A stretch of 64,000 nucleotides of DNA from the NCBI RefSeq assembly GCF_006345805.1, contig NC_043016.1:28272001-28336000 (forward strand). Reading direction: 5' to 3'. The notes beneath the pieces are model-generated. The model saw nothing but the letters and a program-made list of their open reading frames with translations, was not told the DNA's origin and ran no database searches. Shown here in pieces: positions 39,057 through 53,319 of this stretch (positions are counted from its first letter, which is position 1; each line of letters opens with the position of its first letter). A program made the translations under genes and the position numbers. Source of the DNA: Octopus sinensis. Taxonomy: Eukaryota.

Positions 39057-40164
39057 TTAAAATTGATTAAAAGATAATGTGTGGAACTTTCTTTATCACA
39101 ACAATTTAATCAATTTAAAAGTTATCAATCCATCTTCTCTGTCCACTATTCATGGGAAGGTCATGGAGGTAGAGTCTTCACGCACCTCCTCCATAGAGCC
39201 CTATCAGAAGCAACCATCATTAGACTTTTCTACTGGGTTCCCTAGCATGACCAACTGAGACTATGATAAAATTCAACCATCTCGTTCTTGGCCTACCCCT
39301 GGGTGGAGAAGTAGTGGCTTGGCTTGCACAGACTCCCTAATCTACAAGCTGCACATTTTGTTGAGTAATGTTAAAAATTGAGACTGCCATTACTTTGGTG
39401 TCTTTCCAGAGGTCCAAGCCACCTGGCATACATAAATCAGCCAGAGAATACTTTATTCAAAACTTTTAACATTTCTGACTGAATTTCAATCTCTCCAGTA
39501 GCCTTGCTGCACTTGTGCACTCTAATTGCCACTATAACTTCAGCCTCTGTAAAATTATTCTTCATTCCTAGATGCACCTTGTGCTCACCAGAAGATTTTA
39601 TTGTGACTGGATTTATGAGATCAGCAAAATATTCTCTACACTTCTCAAGGATGCTCTCCTCTGAAGAGAGAAGAATCCCAGCTGAATTCTTGGCACTCTT
39701 GCTGGTGGCACGTAAAACCACCCATTACACTCTTGGAGTGGTTGGTGTTAGGAAGGGCATCCAGCCATAGAAAACCATGCCAAATTAGACTGGAGTCTGG
39801 TGCAGCCTTCCAGTGTGCCAGCCCAGTCAAACCGACCAACCCATTCCAGCACGGACAACAGATGTTAAATGGTGATGATGATGATGATGTGGAAAAGAGC
39901 TTTTTGTTACAAAGTAAACGGATTCTCTGCCAGAATACTTTGTTGGTCAACTTAAAGTCAGAGTTCAGCTTATCCCCCAAAGTCCTCTCATGATTTAGCC
40001 TGAATAAAAATAGACATGAGAGCTATCATCATTCAATATCCATCTTTCATGTTAAAATGGAAAGGATAGATCAACAGGATCTGTAGAGCTGTGTTGAGCT
40101 CCTGCATCTGCTTTGGCATGGCCTCTTTGGCTGGGTGCTCATCCTAATATCAACTACTTTACAG

Positions 40165-40310
40165 TGTATATTATTTACATTATTTACATTTGACTGATAT
40201 TTGTCCTCATCTTGTTCTTTGTTAACACAACATTTCAGCTGATACACCCACCAGCCTTCATCAAGCTGTTACTAATGAAACTGAGACAGTAACATTACCA
40301 CTTCAGTTTG
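40165..40310 (-). mobile_element. Penelope-like terminal segment, degenerate
   Basis: TTGATGA AGGCTG ...CAGCT GAAA TGTTG on the minus strand, followed by TGTAAATAA repeats. Confidence 0.45.
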
Positions 40311-41282
40311 GATGTCTCACTAAATTAAAATGTTTCCATTCTGTCACAGCTTCTATAAATACATAAATAAGAGATGGGGGTTTCATAATTATTTAAGGAC
40401 ACTGAGATCATCATCACTATCACAACTTCGTTTCATGCTGGCATGGGTTGAATGGTTTGACAGGATCCAATGTGTCCAAAATCTGCATTGTGTTCCAGTA
40501 TCTGGTATAGCATGCTTTCTATGATTAGATGGCCTTCTTAAGGGTAACTTCTTTACAGTATGTACTGAGTATTTTCCCTTACTCCCAACACTAGTCAGGT
40601 TGCCATGCAGCTTGCAAGACTAGAAACTTTAAGGGAAAGGAAAGGGTGTAGTGGTTTTATGATAGGGGACAAGGCATTTAAGTATGAGAAGTGGAAGAAG
40701 ACAGAGCACATCCTTGTCAAGGAGCTGCATGGCTACTCACATTTGGAAAAGAGGAAGAGAATATTCAGTAGGATCTGTGATGAGGTGTCCAGGTGGCCTC
40801 TGAAGGCATGAGATAAGAAATGCGTGAGGTTGCAAGCTTGTATGGGAAGCAGATGAAAGGATACAGAGGCAGAGTGCAACTACAAATGCTGGGTTGGGTT
40901 GAAGGGCAGATGACCAATGAGTTAATGAGTTGGGAAGTTAGAGGGCTGCAGAAGAGAGAAGGGGAGGGGAGAGGAACAAGCTAGTGATGATGGGAGGGAG
41001 GACAAGAAAGGAAGATTATGTGGTCAGATAGGCTACAAGGAGCAGCAGAGAGAAAGAGACGCAAGTATAGTGTATGACAAAAGATAATTTGGCTCAATGA
41101 GTCGGAGGTGGGTGGGTGGTGAATCAATGAAGCATGTGAGTGGAGAGAACAATAATAATGGATGAAGAATGGCTAGTTAGTGAAATGGTAGCATATAAAA
41201 TAAGGTGGTATCCAGGAATAGCTGTAGATATATATACTTACTTGGAAATGGATGCGTCACATTCAATTAAACAAATAATAGA

Positions 41283-41349
41283 GTATGTATGTATGTATGT
41301 ATGTACGTACGTACGTACGTAGGTATGTATGTATGTATGTATGTATGTA

Positions 41350-41388
<39 letters not shown>

Positions 41389-41399
41389 TGTGGTGTGTA

Positions 41400-41430
<31 letters not shown>

Positions 41431-41450
41431 ATGTATGTATGTATACATGC
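41283..41450. repeat. Compound (TATG)n/(TG)n microsatellite
   Basis: Direct reading. Confidence 0.95.
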
Positions 41451-42186
41451 ATATATGGATATTTTTCGGGCAGCATGTCCTAGATTACATAATCCAATGT
41501 ATCTTTTAAAAATATAAGGTGCGAGATAAGGGCGATTCGGGTGACAAAAATAGACATGGTCACACTTGGAACATTTTTAAAAGATGGAATGGTCACAGTT
41601 GAAACGATTTTAAAGCATTCCAACCGTGGTCATGGTCACAATTTGAATACCTTTAGAAAGATGCATATTTTCGAGTATCTGTGCACACAAATGTATACGC
41701 ATGCATGCGCACGTGAAACAGTACATGTGCAAAACAATCAGACCGTTTATTTTCAGTTTTGAAAACTTTTTCTATTTTGTAATTTGTCAATTACGGGATA
41801 CCCTATTTTTAAGTAAGTTGTAAATGAAAATGTTTGCTTGCATATTATTAATTACTCTTATAACTAATAACCAATGTGAATTTGAAAATATGAAATTGTT
41901 TAAGGCAAAGTGAGCAAGTAATTTTGAAGAAGAGTACAAATAAATCTTACAATTAATTTTGTCCTGAGATTTAAATCGTCCTCTGAAGTAGCGAGTCAAA
42001 ATAGCTTAACACACAATAACATAAAATTATGTAAACTTGAATAATTTCTTCGAAAAAATTTTCTCAATCCATAATGTAAAAAAAGTTCGCGAAACATGTC
42101 AATATTTACTTGTAAGTGTATATATATTAAATATCATCTGAAAAACACAACAGATTTAAAGTAGATAATCATAACAAAGCATTTAC

Positions 42187-42250
42187 CTTCTGAATGTCAA
42201 CAATGTCAAGCAATAGTCTCAGCAGTCGGCGGTGTAAACACAATTATGTT
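42187..42250 (-). other. Candidate non-coding first exon of MTRFR
   Basis: AAG/GTAAAT donor at 42186 inside a CpG-retaining stretch upstream of the coding exon acceptor; the 5' boundary is a guess. Confidence 0.3.
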
Positions 42251-42309
42251 CTCGCTTGAAAGTCAAACCCCCATGAAAAAATTTTCTTTTCTAATCTGGG
42301 CACAAGGCC

Positions 42310-42682
42310 TGAAAGTTTGAGGGAGGGGGCCAGTCGATTATATCGATCCCCAGTACACAACTGATACTTATTTCATCGATCCCGAAAGGATGAAAGGCAA
42401 AGTCGACCACGGCGGAATTTGAACTCAGAACGTAGCGGCAGATGAAATACCTATTCCTTTACTACCCACAAGGGGCTAAACGCAGAGGGAACAAACAAGG
42501 ACAGACAAACGGATTAAATCGACTATATCGACCCCAGTGCGTAACTGGTACTTATTTAATCGACCCCGAAAGGAGGAAAGGCAAAGTCGACTACAGCGGA
42601 ATTTGAACTCAGAACGTTACGGCAGACGAAATACGGCTACGCATTTCGCCCGGCGTGCTAACGTTTCTGCCAGCTCGCCGCC
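42310..42682 (-). mobile_element. Meta-like SINE dimer (head plus body, then second body)
   Basis: Intact head GGCGAGCTGGCAGAAACG at the right end; junction AAAGGAATAGG/TATTTCATCTGCC is at the same position as in the 4541-5220 array. Confidence 0.85.
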
Positions 42683-42935
42683 TTCCTCATAAATAAAAAA
42701 AAAAATAAATAAATAAAAAACTATTAATTTTGGGATTTCTTTTCGCTTTCAATAATCACCACTTAGACATTCAATAATATTTTGTAAACTTTATTTTCAT
42801 ATCCCAAGTAAAGAAACGGAATCAAAGAATATTAAGGTGGTGCTCCAGCATGACCGCAGCCAAATGACTGAAACAAGTAAAAAAAAAATAATAAAATTAT
42901 ATATATATATATCATCATCATCATTATATACACAA

Positions 42936-42967
<32 letters not shown>

Positions 42968-43671
42968 TATCATCATTTAACGTCCGTTTTTCTGGCATGG
43001 ATGGGATGGTTTGACTGAAAACTGATAAGCTACTCCAGGTTCCAATCTGATTTGGTATAGTTTCTACAGCTGGATGCCCTTCCTAATGTCAACCACACTA
43101 AAAGTGTAGAGTGCTTTGTATCTTTTTGATCATTAGACTGTGGCCATGCTGGGGCACTGCCTTGAACATTTAGGCAACTGAACTGACCCCAGTATTTTTC
43201 TTTTTTTTTAGTCTGCTACTCATTCTATCGGCCCTTGTTACCAAACTGCTACATTATGGGAACGCAAACAAACCAACACCAATTGTCAAGGTGGTGGTGC
43301 AGGACAAACACAGATGCAAACACACACACACACACACACAGAACGAGCTTCTTTCAGTTTCTGTCTACCAAATCCACTCACAAGGCTTTGGTCAGCCTGG
43401 GGCTATGATAGAAGACACTTGCCCAAGGTACCACTCAGCGGGACTGAATCTGGAACCATGTGGATGAGAAGCAAACTTCTTACAACACAACCATGCTGGT
43501 ATCAAAGCAAGAAAAACTTTTGGTATTGTTTGTTCACCATTACACACGTTTTGTTTCCTAATAGGAGTTGCAAAATTGTACATGTAGAAGGTATCTCCTA
43601 TTAGAAATTCTTCAGACAGCTACCTTCAGGCAACTTTTTCCCATTTTATAAGAGTAAAATACCCATACTCT

Positions 43672-43764
43672 CTTCTTCTTCTTCTTCTCTTCTTCTTCTT
43701 CTTCTTCTTCTTCTTCTTCTTCTTCTTCTTCATTATCATTATCATCATCATCATCATCATCATT
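43672..43764. repeat. (TTC)n plus (CAT)n microsatellite
   Basis: Direct reading. Confidence 0.95.
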
Positions 43765-45499
43765 TAATGATTGTTTTGGCATGGTTTCTATGGCTGGATG
43801 CCCTTCTTAAAAACCAACGACTTTGAGAATGTAACGGGTACTTTTATGTGCCATTTGTGCGACACCAATATCTGCCACGACTGGTTTTACTTGATTCGGT
43901 GGGTCTTCTCAAGCATAGCATAATGTCAAATGGACTCGGTTATTGCCTCCATGTGACCCAATGCTCAATGCAACTGCATAAGAAAGCTCATGGTTCCATC
44001 AATTTTACATTTGCTAATATATATTTTCAGTATCCAAATCTACCTATTTTATTTCGATTTACATGATGAAATTATAAGAATTTCAATTCATGGTATAATT
44101 TATTATTTTTTTATTTTTGGTGCTAGGGGTTGATATGCATTTTTATCTCATTAATTGCATCTATTTAATGGGGATAGTATTCTCTATACATCATATGCAC
44201 ATTATTAGATTTTAATGAGTGGCTTCCTTCGTTTATTTCACTTAAAGGTTTGTTCATACTCTTTACTCTTTTACTCTTTTACTTGTTTCAGTCATTTGAC
44301 TGCAGCCATGCTGGAGCACCACCTTTTAGTTGAGCAAATCAACCCCAGGTCTTATTCTTTGTAAGCCTTGTACTTATTCTATCGGTCTCTTTTTGCTGAA
44401 CCGATAAGTTACGGGGATGTAAACACACTAGCATCGGTTGTCAAGCGATGTTGGGGGGACAAACACAGACAGACTAACACACACACACACACACACACAT
44501 ACATATATATATACATATATACGCGGCCGTTGCCAGCCTCGCCTGGCCCCCGTGCCGGTGGCATGTAAAAGCACCATCCGTTCGTGGCCATTGCCAGCCT
44601 CGCCTGGCCCCCGTGCCGGTGGCACGTAAAAAGCACCATCCGTCCATGGCCGTTTGCCAGCTCCGTCTGGCACCTGTGTGGGTGGCACGTAAAAAGCACC
44701 CACTGCACTCACGGAGTGGTTGGTGTTAGGAAGGGCATCCAGCCGTAGAAACACTGCCAGATCAGACTGGGCCTGATGCAGCCTTCTGGCTTCACAGACC
44801 CCAGTTGAACCGTCCATGGAAAGCATGGAAAGCGGCGCTAAATGATGATGATGATATGACGGGCTTCTTTTCAGTTTCCGTCTACCAAATCCACTCACAA
44901 GGCTTTGGTCGGCCCGAGGCTATAGTAGAAGACATTTGCCCAAAGTGCCATGCAGTGGAACTGAACCCGGAACCATGTAGTTGGTAAGCAAGCTACTTAC
45001 CACACAGCCACTCCTTTTAATTCATTTAATTTCATCAGTGTGTTTACTTGTATGTAGTTTATTTAGGATTATTCAATTATTAAGTATACATATACACATA
45101 CCTTCTTATACACACACACACACACACCATTCTTTGAGGACTTGTCGAACCAAGTGTTATGTAACTGGCACCCATGCCAGTGGCATGTAAAAAGCACCAC
45201 TACACTCTTGGAGTGGTTAATGTTAGGAAAAGCATCCAGCAATAGGAACCATACCAAATCAGATTAAAACATGGTGCAGCTCCCCAGCTTAACAGTTTTC
45301 AGTCAAATCATACAACTCATACCAGCATGGAAAATGGACATTAAATGATGATGATGCTACATACGTGTGTGTGTGTGTGTGTGTGTATACACACACATTT
45401 ATATATGTATGTATAAATATATGTGTTGATGTGTATGTGTGTGTGTGTATGATAGACACTTCTGTTAGTCTTGACATATGAGGATCTAACAACCTATTC

Positions 45500-46320
45500 T
45501 TTGTTTGTCAGTCATAATGCTTACGTTGAATGTGACATCTGAGTCCTGTTAACAATTTGCAAAGAAGCCCACAGATGTTGAAAGTATGAAGATTATGGGT
45601 CAGTGCAGGCAGTGTGCTTGCAGCTGCTTTTCTCCTTTGCCTTACACTCCTAAGCCTGCTAATGCTGGTTGCAACAAAGTTTCTTATACCATTTTGACAC
45701 AACAATCTCCATTTTGTTTGCTCAAAGGTGTTATGAGCTCTATTGACTGCTGAGAGGTTACTCTTCAGCTTGTCCTTATATCTGAGCTGTTGTTGATCAA
45801 CATTCCTGCATCCAATATCAAGCTAGCTGTACATGAGGACTTTGGGTATTCTTCCATCACTCATTCTGATGACATGGCCAGCCCAGCACAACTGTGACTG
45901 CATAAGAAAGCTCTTGGTTCCATCAATCTTACACTTGCTAAACAGGTCAGCATTAGAAACACTGTCTTTTAGCAAATAATCACAGATTGTCATGAGACAG
46001 CCTTTGTGGAAGATGTCTGGTTGGTTAATGTGCTATCTGTAGGGTGTCCATGATTCTGCGCCATATAAGAGCTCATGATTCTGAGCTCTTATCACTGTTC
46101 CATGTTTTATGAGAGCTGTGCATTTTACCTATCAACTACTGGACATCTGTGTTGTTATCACTGAACCAATCTTGATGTTTACAAATAGGAAGTTTGAGAA
46201 CCTCTATGGATGCAGAGAGTATTGCATCATGCACAGCCTTCCAAGATGATTTAATAGCATCGCTGATATCAAGTGTTGAGTGCAGCTTGATAAAAAGCTC
46301 AGCCTACTTTCCAGTTGTTT
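45500..46320 (-). mobile_element. RTE (BovB-like) LINE remnant
   Basis: LLYGAESWTPYR, QLCWAGHVIRMSDGRIPK, KHQDWFSDN. Confidence 0.75.
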
Positions 46321-47129
46321 TCAAAGGCAGAAAATTAATGTATTTAGGAGCTCTTGAGCACTACTGGTAACATGTAATCCAGTACAACCTGTTGCATGAT
46401 CAGGTCATTGGTGACTAAACTGGCAACTTGACCAAGCAAGCTTGGTGAGGAGGGTGATTGTTGGACACCCTGTGGAGCAAAAAATAAAACCATCAAAGGA
46501 TGGAAGAACTCATGAATAGTCAATAGCCATCCAACAATACACACACACACACACATTTCATCATGTTGAACTGTTAATCCATAAACATTTTTTTCTTACT
46601 GTTTTTTTTTTGTTCTCTCTTCATTTTTTCCACTCAATCCTTTCTGTCGAAGAGCACTGGCTTGTAACATCAAAACTCTTCCATCCTTCCTGAGTGTCAA
46701 ACTAAAACATCTGCTGGCTGGTTCCCTCACTTGTCTGCGTCTTTTGTTTTCTGTAAATTTTAACTTTATACATATTCATACATGTGTGTGTGTGTGTGTG
46801 TGTGTGTGCATGCGTGCACGTGTGTGCATGCATGCATGTGTGTGTGTGTGAGAGAGAGAGAGTGTGTGTATATATATGTACATATTCTGCTTTTAGGGTC
46901 TGTGTTTCACTGAAATTAGCAATCTGCTTGAGCTTCACATATCTCCAGTCATCCGAGTCCTTTGTCATTTCCTCTGTAAGGTTCAACCTCCTGAATTCAA
47001 TCTTCCCTACTTCATCACACATCTTCCTGAATTTCCTCTTCCACAATCTTCCTCTATTATGTTGTCCAGAAAGTTCTGAGTGTCTTTTAATATGCAAAAT
47101 GAGATATAAATGATTGACGCTTCAATAAA

Positions 47130-48060
47130 TTTTATTCAATAAAATAATTTCCATTATTATTGATGACATTTGCCCATCTATCAGGCAATTTAAATATTCC
47201 ATTAGCATAAAATTTGACTGGTTTTGAAGAAAAAAAAGTTATCTAGATGCACTTTAACTGTCTAAATCATTAAATGTTTTTCTTTGCAACAAGTTCTGTA
47301 GAGACAAAAATGCAGGGTAGTTGGATGGTGCAATATCAGGAGAATATGGTGAATGGGACAAGAGATCCCAGCCAAGTTCATGTAACTTTGTTTGGGTAGC
47401 CAAATATAAACGTGGTCAGGCATTTTTTTGGTTCAAATTAGCTAGCTGACAACAGTACACATCAGAATTAATGGTCTGGCTTTGTGGGAGAAGCTCATAA
47501 TAAATAATGCCTTTATGATCCTTCCAAACACAAAGCATAGCTTTTTTGGTATAGATATACATCTTTGGTTGCTGTTTTGGGAGATCCTTATGCAAACTCC
47601 ACGATCTTTTTTGTACTACATTTTCATACACAACCCATTTTTCACCTCCAGTCACAAGTTGTTTCAAAAAAGGCATGCTTTCATTCCATTTCAAAAGCAT
47701 ATCACAAACAGAATACTGGTCCAAGCAATTCTTTTCTGAGAGTTTGTGAGGGACCCATACATTATAGTGAGAGATGTATCCTGGCTTCACTAGGTGTTCA
47801 TGCGCCATACTTTTAGAAACTTCCAACTCTTCTGCAAATTTTCTAGTTGTGATATTTGAGTTTTCTTTGATTTTTTGCCATCAAAGCATCTTCATCCAAT
47901 TTTGAAGATCTTTCAAGCTAAACTTTCCAGCTTTAAATTTTACAAACCACCTTCGAACAGTTGATTCAGATACAGCATCATCACCATAAACTTCCCAGAT
48001 GTTTTTGAAAGACTTTGCTGCACTTACACTTTTTTTTAAAAAGCAAAAGCATTACAATGC
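47130..48060 (-). mobile_element. Mos1-like mariner transposase remnant
   Basis: WVPHKL, FLKQLVTGGEKWVVYEN, KKAMLCVWKD, ELLPQSQTINSDVYCCQL (ORF 47416-47826). Confidence 0.85.
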
Positions 48061-50611
48061 AAAAATGAAATTTTTGGTTATCCATTTCAAATGTCAATAA
48101 AGGGTAACTGGAATGAAAGATAAATCTATTTTTAGTCAGTAACAAAGAAGAGATGCACTACCACATCAAGCAACACCAAAGTTTTAACTGTGTTACATTT
48201 TAGGTGTGTTCAATGAAGCGTTAAAAGATTTAGAACTTTCCAGACAACCTAATACCATAAGTGATTGAAATTTCTTTATGCTTCCATGCCTATCACGTGA
48301 CCATACCAGTGCAGCCTTCTTTCTTGCACACTACATACAATTCTTTTTATATCTAGTTGTTCTCTCAACATTGGCTATGTCCCCTTATCCCATACAATAT
48401 CCCTCTATATCTCATCTATCTTGTGAATCAGTCACATCTGTACTGCTGAAGTTCTGTCAAAGAACACAGTATATGTTTAGGGAACCCCTGAACAGCTTTT
48501 TTCAGGGAACCAAACTGAATGACTTTTACTCAACTTCTGTAAGACCATTTTATGAAATGTGAGGACAGTCTCCTTATATTACACAGTCTACAATTTTCCC
48601 ATTTCCAAAACGAGCTAACTCTTGTGTTAAATAAATGTTAAATAACTTTATGGAATCTTGATTTCCTCTACATCTTGACCAGAATAATTCCAAAAGCTCA
48701 GTGACATGTATGGACTGTTTCAGCTCTCCTAAAATTTAAAAAATGAAATCTAGAGAACCATAAAGGCTATACATATGTTTATAAAACAAAGAAAGATGTT
48801 AAAATTGTATGTGGTAGATTCCATAAAATTTAATGTATATTTTTATATAAAAACCTGATTTAAGAAAATAAATCATAATTTGTTGAAGTAGCAAACTGAA
48901 AGTGATAAAGATTTGAAATATGAGTTTACTTGTAATTATTTTCCCATTTTAATTATTGTTATGCTGACATGAATGTGAAAGCAGGGGAAATAACTCCTAT
49001 ATTAGTAGCCCAGCTGTCTATGTAACTCTCCAGTAGAGAAAATGTATAAAAGGTGCTTAGAACTGACAGGGAGCCATCTTGAAACAAAGAGTAATGAGAA
49101 ACAAGAGTTGGCAGAAGCATTTAAATCTATTGAAGACAATAACTCTTATATTAATTGGCTTTTATTCTGCTCATCAAATAAATAACAGTATTCTTTTGTA
49201 TATAAATTTTAATATGGAATGAGATGAAACTAGAAATTGAAGATGTATAGAAATAATATTGTGGGGTATTTAATACACAGGCTACATCTCATAAAACAGT
49301 AGGAAAATGTAAAAATGAAAACATTACTCTTAATCATCTAAATTTAAATATATAGTGAAAAATAAGGAATCCAATTCAGATGAATGAATTGTAATAAATA
49401 ATAAAAGCATACTCCTGTGGGCCACATGCTTGAAAATGGCCATAATTCTTTGCTATCAACTAGGATGTTTTTCTCAATAATTCATTTCTCATCATTCTTG
49501 TTGTGTCCATTACCATCCCACCCCCAGTTCAACACTAATCACTAAGACCAGTCCTTCCACTCCAGATCATTATCGTTCTGGAATTTCCTCCCTGCTGTTG
49601 TACTTCCTGCAGATGTTAACTTATAAAAGTTTAAGGGAATATTAATGGTATTGATCACGCTGGTCTAGAAGGGCCTATAAAAGTCCTCCAGACCCAGCAA
49701 GTGAAAAAAAGATAGAAATTTTATTTTTTTTATTTTCAACAAATACAAGATACAAACAGTGTCCATGGTACTGAATATATGAAGTTTTCTTTCATTGTAG
49801 AGAAGAAACCTTAACTGAAGCTCCTTGTGGGATCCACTCATTTTAACGAGTCCATCATAGACCTGACTACTTCATGTTTCCTATTTCTAAGTCATTTCTT
49901 TCTTTCTTTCTTTCTTTAAAAAAAGCAGGGCTCTGCTTTCTAGCTATTCGCCAGTTGTAGATCCTACATCACAATGACATATTCTTTGGCCTCATTATCA
50001 AATAACTCCCTTCTAAAAAAAAAAAAAAAAACAGGCCTTGTACCTAAATTAGAAACATCACACACATTGTATATGCATAGAGAAGCTTGCTCAATGTGAG
50101 GAAAGCATATGTTATAAGAAATAAATATATTTTTGTTGTTTGATTTAATATTGGTTTTAAATTTAGGTACAAGGCCAGCAAGTTAGGGGTAGGGGTAAGT
50201 TGATTATATCGATCCCTGTGTTGAACTGGTACTTATTTTATCAACTTAGAAAGGATGAAAGGCAAAGTTGACCTTGGCAGAATTTGAACTCAAGAATGTA
50301 CAGATGGAGAAAATACTGCTAAGCATTTTGTCCAGCATGCTAGCGATTTTGCAAACTTATCACCCTGCTACTTAATTTGATATTGATTTTCTTACATAAA
50401 TAATTATATGACATGCATTCAAAAAGAATCCAATTTTATTTTTCCGCATCAAAACCAATTCTGTTTGGGCAAAATCCTTTGAGTAGGAAGTGACACCATC
50501 TTTCCTGCACATGCATGAAAATTTTCAAGCCAGTAGGATACATCAGTTTGTGCCTGTTATACATAGAGTGTACACATATAGTGCATGCTTGTTGTATCTT
50601 TATTTTCAGGT

Positions 50612-51000
50612 AAGATGACAAATACATTAAGTTGAGATGTTGAATCAAGTTTTGCCAAAAGCTTGTAGACACTCAAGCTCAAGATGATTTAGCAGGCCTT
50701 TGGCAATGATGCATAGGCAAAACTTAGATCAAGGAGCGGTATAATTGCTTCAAATATTGCTGCACCCCAGTGGAAAGCGAGGTATGCTCAGGCAGACAAT
50801 CCACAAGCTGAAATGAAGAACGGACGGAGAAGGTTTTGGCAAATAGTCATCAATAATTGTCGTGTAACAATCCAGGAAATTGTGCATGAAATAGAAATAA
50901 GCACAGGATCAGTGCATTCGATTTTAACGGAGGATTTGTGCATACAGGGAGTGTTGGCAAAATTCGTTCCCAAGAAGCAACTCCACATGGCATCAATCAA
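50612..51000 (+). mobile_element. mariner transposase N-terminal remnant
   Basis: RVTIQEIVHEIEISTGSVHSILTEDL...AKFVPK. Confidence 0.7.
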
Positions 51001-51400
51001 ATTCCCGTGCTTAGATAAGTTGGATGATATTTGTGGCAGATTTTCTACAACCGAATGCCCATCCTGTTGCCAACCTTCACCTGTTTCCAAGTAAGGTAAT
51101 ATTTTCTACCAGATTTTTTGCCAACCCTCATCAGTTTCCAAGCAAGGTAATATTTCCCATGCTTGGATGGAATTTGTGGCAGATTTTCTATGCCCATCCT
51201 GTTGCCAACCCTCACCTGTTTCCAAGCAACGTAATACTTTCCCTGGTCACATATTTGTCATGGAAGGCTGGAAATGAAGATCCTCACTTCTATGACAATG
51301 ATGCTCATTTACAGCCATCACATGATGTTTAGACATTGATATACACAAATAAATACAGATACACACACACATAAATAATAGTTATATATTTATATGTATA

Positions 51401-51817
51401 CTAGCAGTATCGCCCGGTGTTGCTCGGGAAATAAATATATAAGCATTTGTTGTAAGGGAAATAAATATATAAGCATTTTTAGAGAGTTATAGCCAAAAAA
51501 TAGCAAAAAAATGCATTAAAAATGGGAAAAAAATTATGGTAAATTTTTTTAAAAATCGTTGACTCATCGTAGACATTTTTAGAGAGTTACTTTCCTTATA
51601 TAATAGCGAAAAAAATGCATTAAAATGGAAAAAAATGATGGTAAATTTTTTTTTAAATCGTAGACTCATCGTAGACACGCGCTAATACTCAGAAGGGCTC
51701 GATATGAATCACAACTATAAGATACCCGGTTTTGGTTAAGCTGCACCGCAAAATGTGGGAGTAGTTAGGAATCTAAATCATAGGAGACACACACAACTTG
51801 ACTTTTATATATAAAGA
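51401..51817 (-). mobile_element. Non-autonomous Helitron, same family as 26636-27148
   Basis: 5' TCTTTATATATAAAA, 3' CCCG-AGCAACAC-CGGG hairpin then GATACTGCTAG, A/T target; shared internal sequence, internal direct duplications. Confidence 0.85.
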
Positions 51818-51834
51818 TTTATATATAGAGATAT

Positions 51835-53270
51835 ATCATCATCATCATTTAACATCTGCTTTCCATCTTTGGCATGGATTGGACAGTTTGATTGAGGACT
51901 GGCAAGGTTTCTACAGCTGGTGCTTGCACATGCCAGCCCAGTGGCACTGGCATCTGCCACGCTTGAATAGAGTTTTTTACAAGCCACCAGCACAGGAGCC
52001 ATTCAGGCAGCACTGGCATTGGCCACAGCTATGATTTCACTTGGCTCAACGGGTCTTCTCAAGCAAGCCCGATGATTGAAGGAGTACTTTTAAATAGGCC
52101 AGTTACGTGACACTGGCATTGGCCATGGCTATGATCTCACTTGGCTTGCCGGGGTCTTCTCAAGCACAGTATATCCTCAAAGGTCTCGATCTCCTTTCGA
52201 AGGTCATGCTTCACCACCTCATCCCATGTCTTCCTGAGTTTATCTCTTCCACAGGTTCCCTCCACTGTTAAGGTGTGACACTTCTTCACACAGCTATACT
52301 AATCCATACGTAAGACATGACCATTCCAGTGCAGTCATCTCTCTAGCACACCACATCTGATACTTCTTATATCCAACTTTCTCTCAGGATGCTTACACTC
52401 TGTTGTGTATGCACACTGACACTACACATCCAGCAAAGCACACTAGCTTCATTTCTTTCAAGCCTATGCATGTCATCAGCAGTCAAAGCCCATGTTTTAC
52501 TGCTATGTAGCATGACTATTCAGGCACATGAATCATACAGTCTACCTTTCGCTCTGAATGAGAGGCCCTTTATTACCAGCAACATAGCCCAGGCTATTCT
52601 TATTCTAGCAGCCATGCTCTCAGAGTATCCACTACTGACTTGGTCACCTAAGTAAAAGAAGCTATCAACTACTTCTAGTTTTTCCCACTGGCATGTGATG
52701 GAATCTGTTTCATGTACATCTTTGGTGTTTATTGCCTCTGTGCATCTACCACACGCAAAAAATCTTCCCAGTTAACCTTCTTTTGATATTGCTGCACCTC
52801 TTATGTTTCTATAGCTTACACAAGGTACATCTTATGGAGTTTCTAGTTATGCCTGAGAACTGAATCTTGGTGAACCCCTACTTCTAAACAGAATTCTTCA
52901 CTATACTGACAGCATCCATGTATATAGCTTGTACAGCTCTCACCAACCACTCATCTATCCCTAGTTTTCGCATTGACCACCAGGTAAGGGATAGGGATCT
53001 CTGTCAAAGGCTTTCTCCATGTCAACGAAAGCCAAGTACAGAGGTTTATCTTTGGCTAGGAATTTCTCCTGCAGCTGTCTTACCAGAAATATAGCATCAG
53101 TGGTGCTTCTCCCTGGCACAAACCCAAATTGCATCTCATCTAAACTAACTCTCTCCCTAATTAGTGGAGCTGTCTTTCATCACTTGACTTTCATGAATTT
53201 CATTACCTGATACAACTTGATACCTCTGTAATTATTCCTATCTAATGCAGCACCTTTACCTTTGTAGCAA
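51835..53270 (-). mobile_element. RTE-type LINE 3' part with (GAT)n tail
   Basis: LYLAFVDMEKAFDR, GIDEWLVRAVQA, KGRLYDSC, DMHRLERNEAS, LHWNGHVLRMD. Confidence 0.8.
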
Positions 53271-53319
53271 TTGACTATGGTGTTGCTACACTAGTCAGTG
53301 GGTAAGATGACAGTAAAAG

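Noticed and set aside
49393-49610. Minus-strand terminal exon (STTAGRKFQNDNDLEWKDWS*)
   Set aside because: Weak acceptor, and another frame gives QQGGNSRTIMIWSG, closer to a Tc1 transposase remnant.
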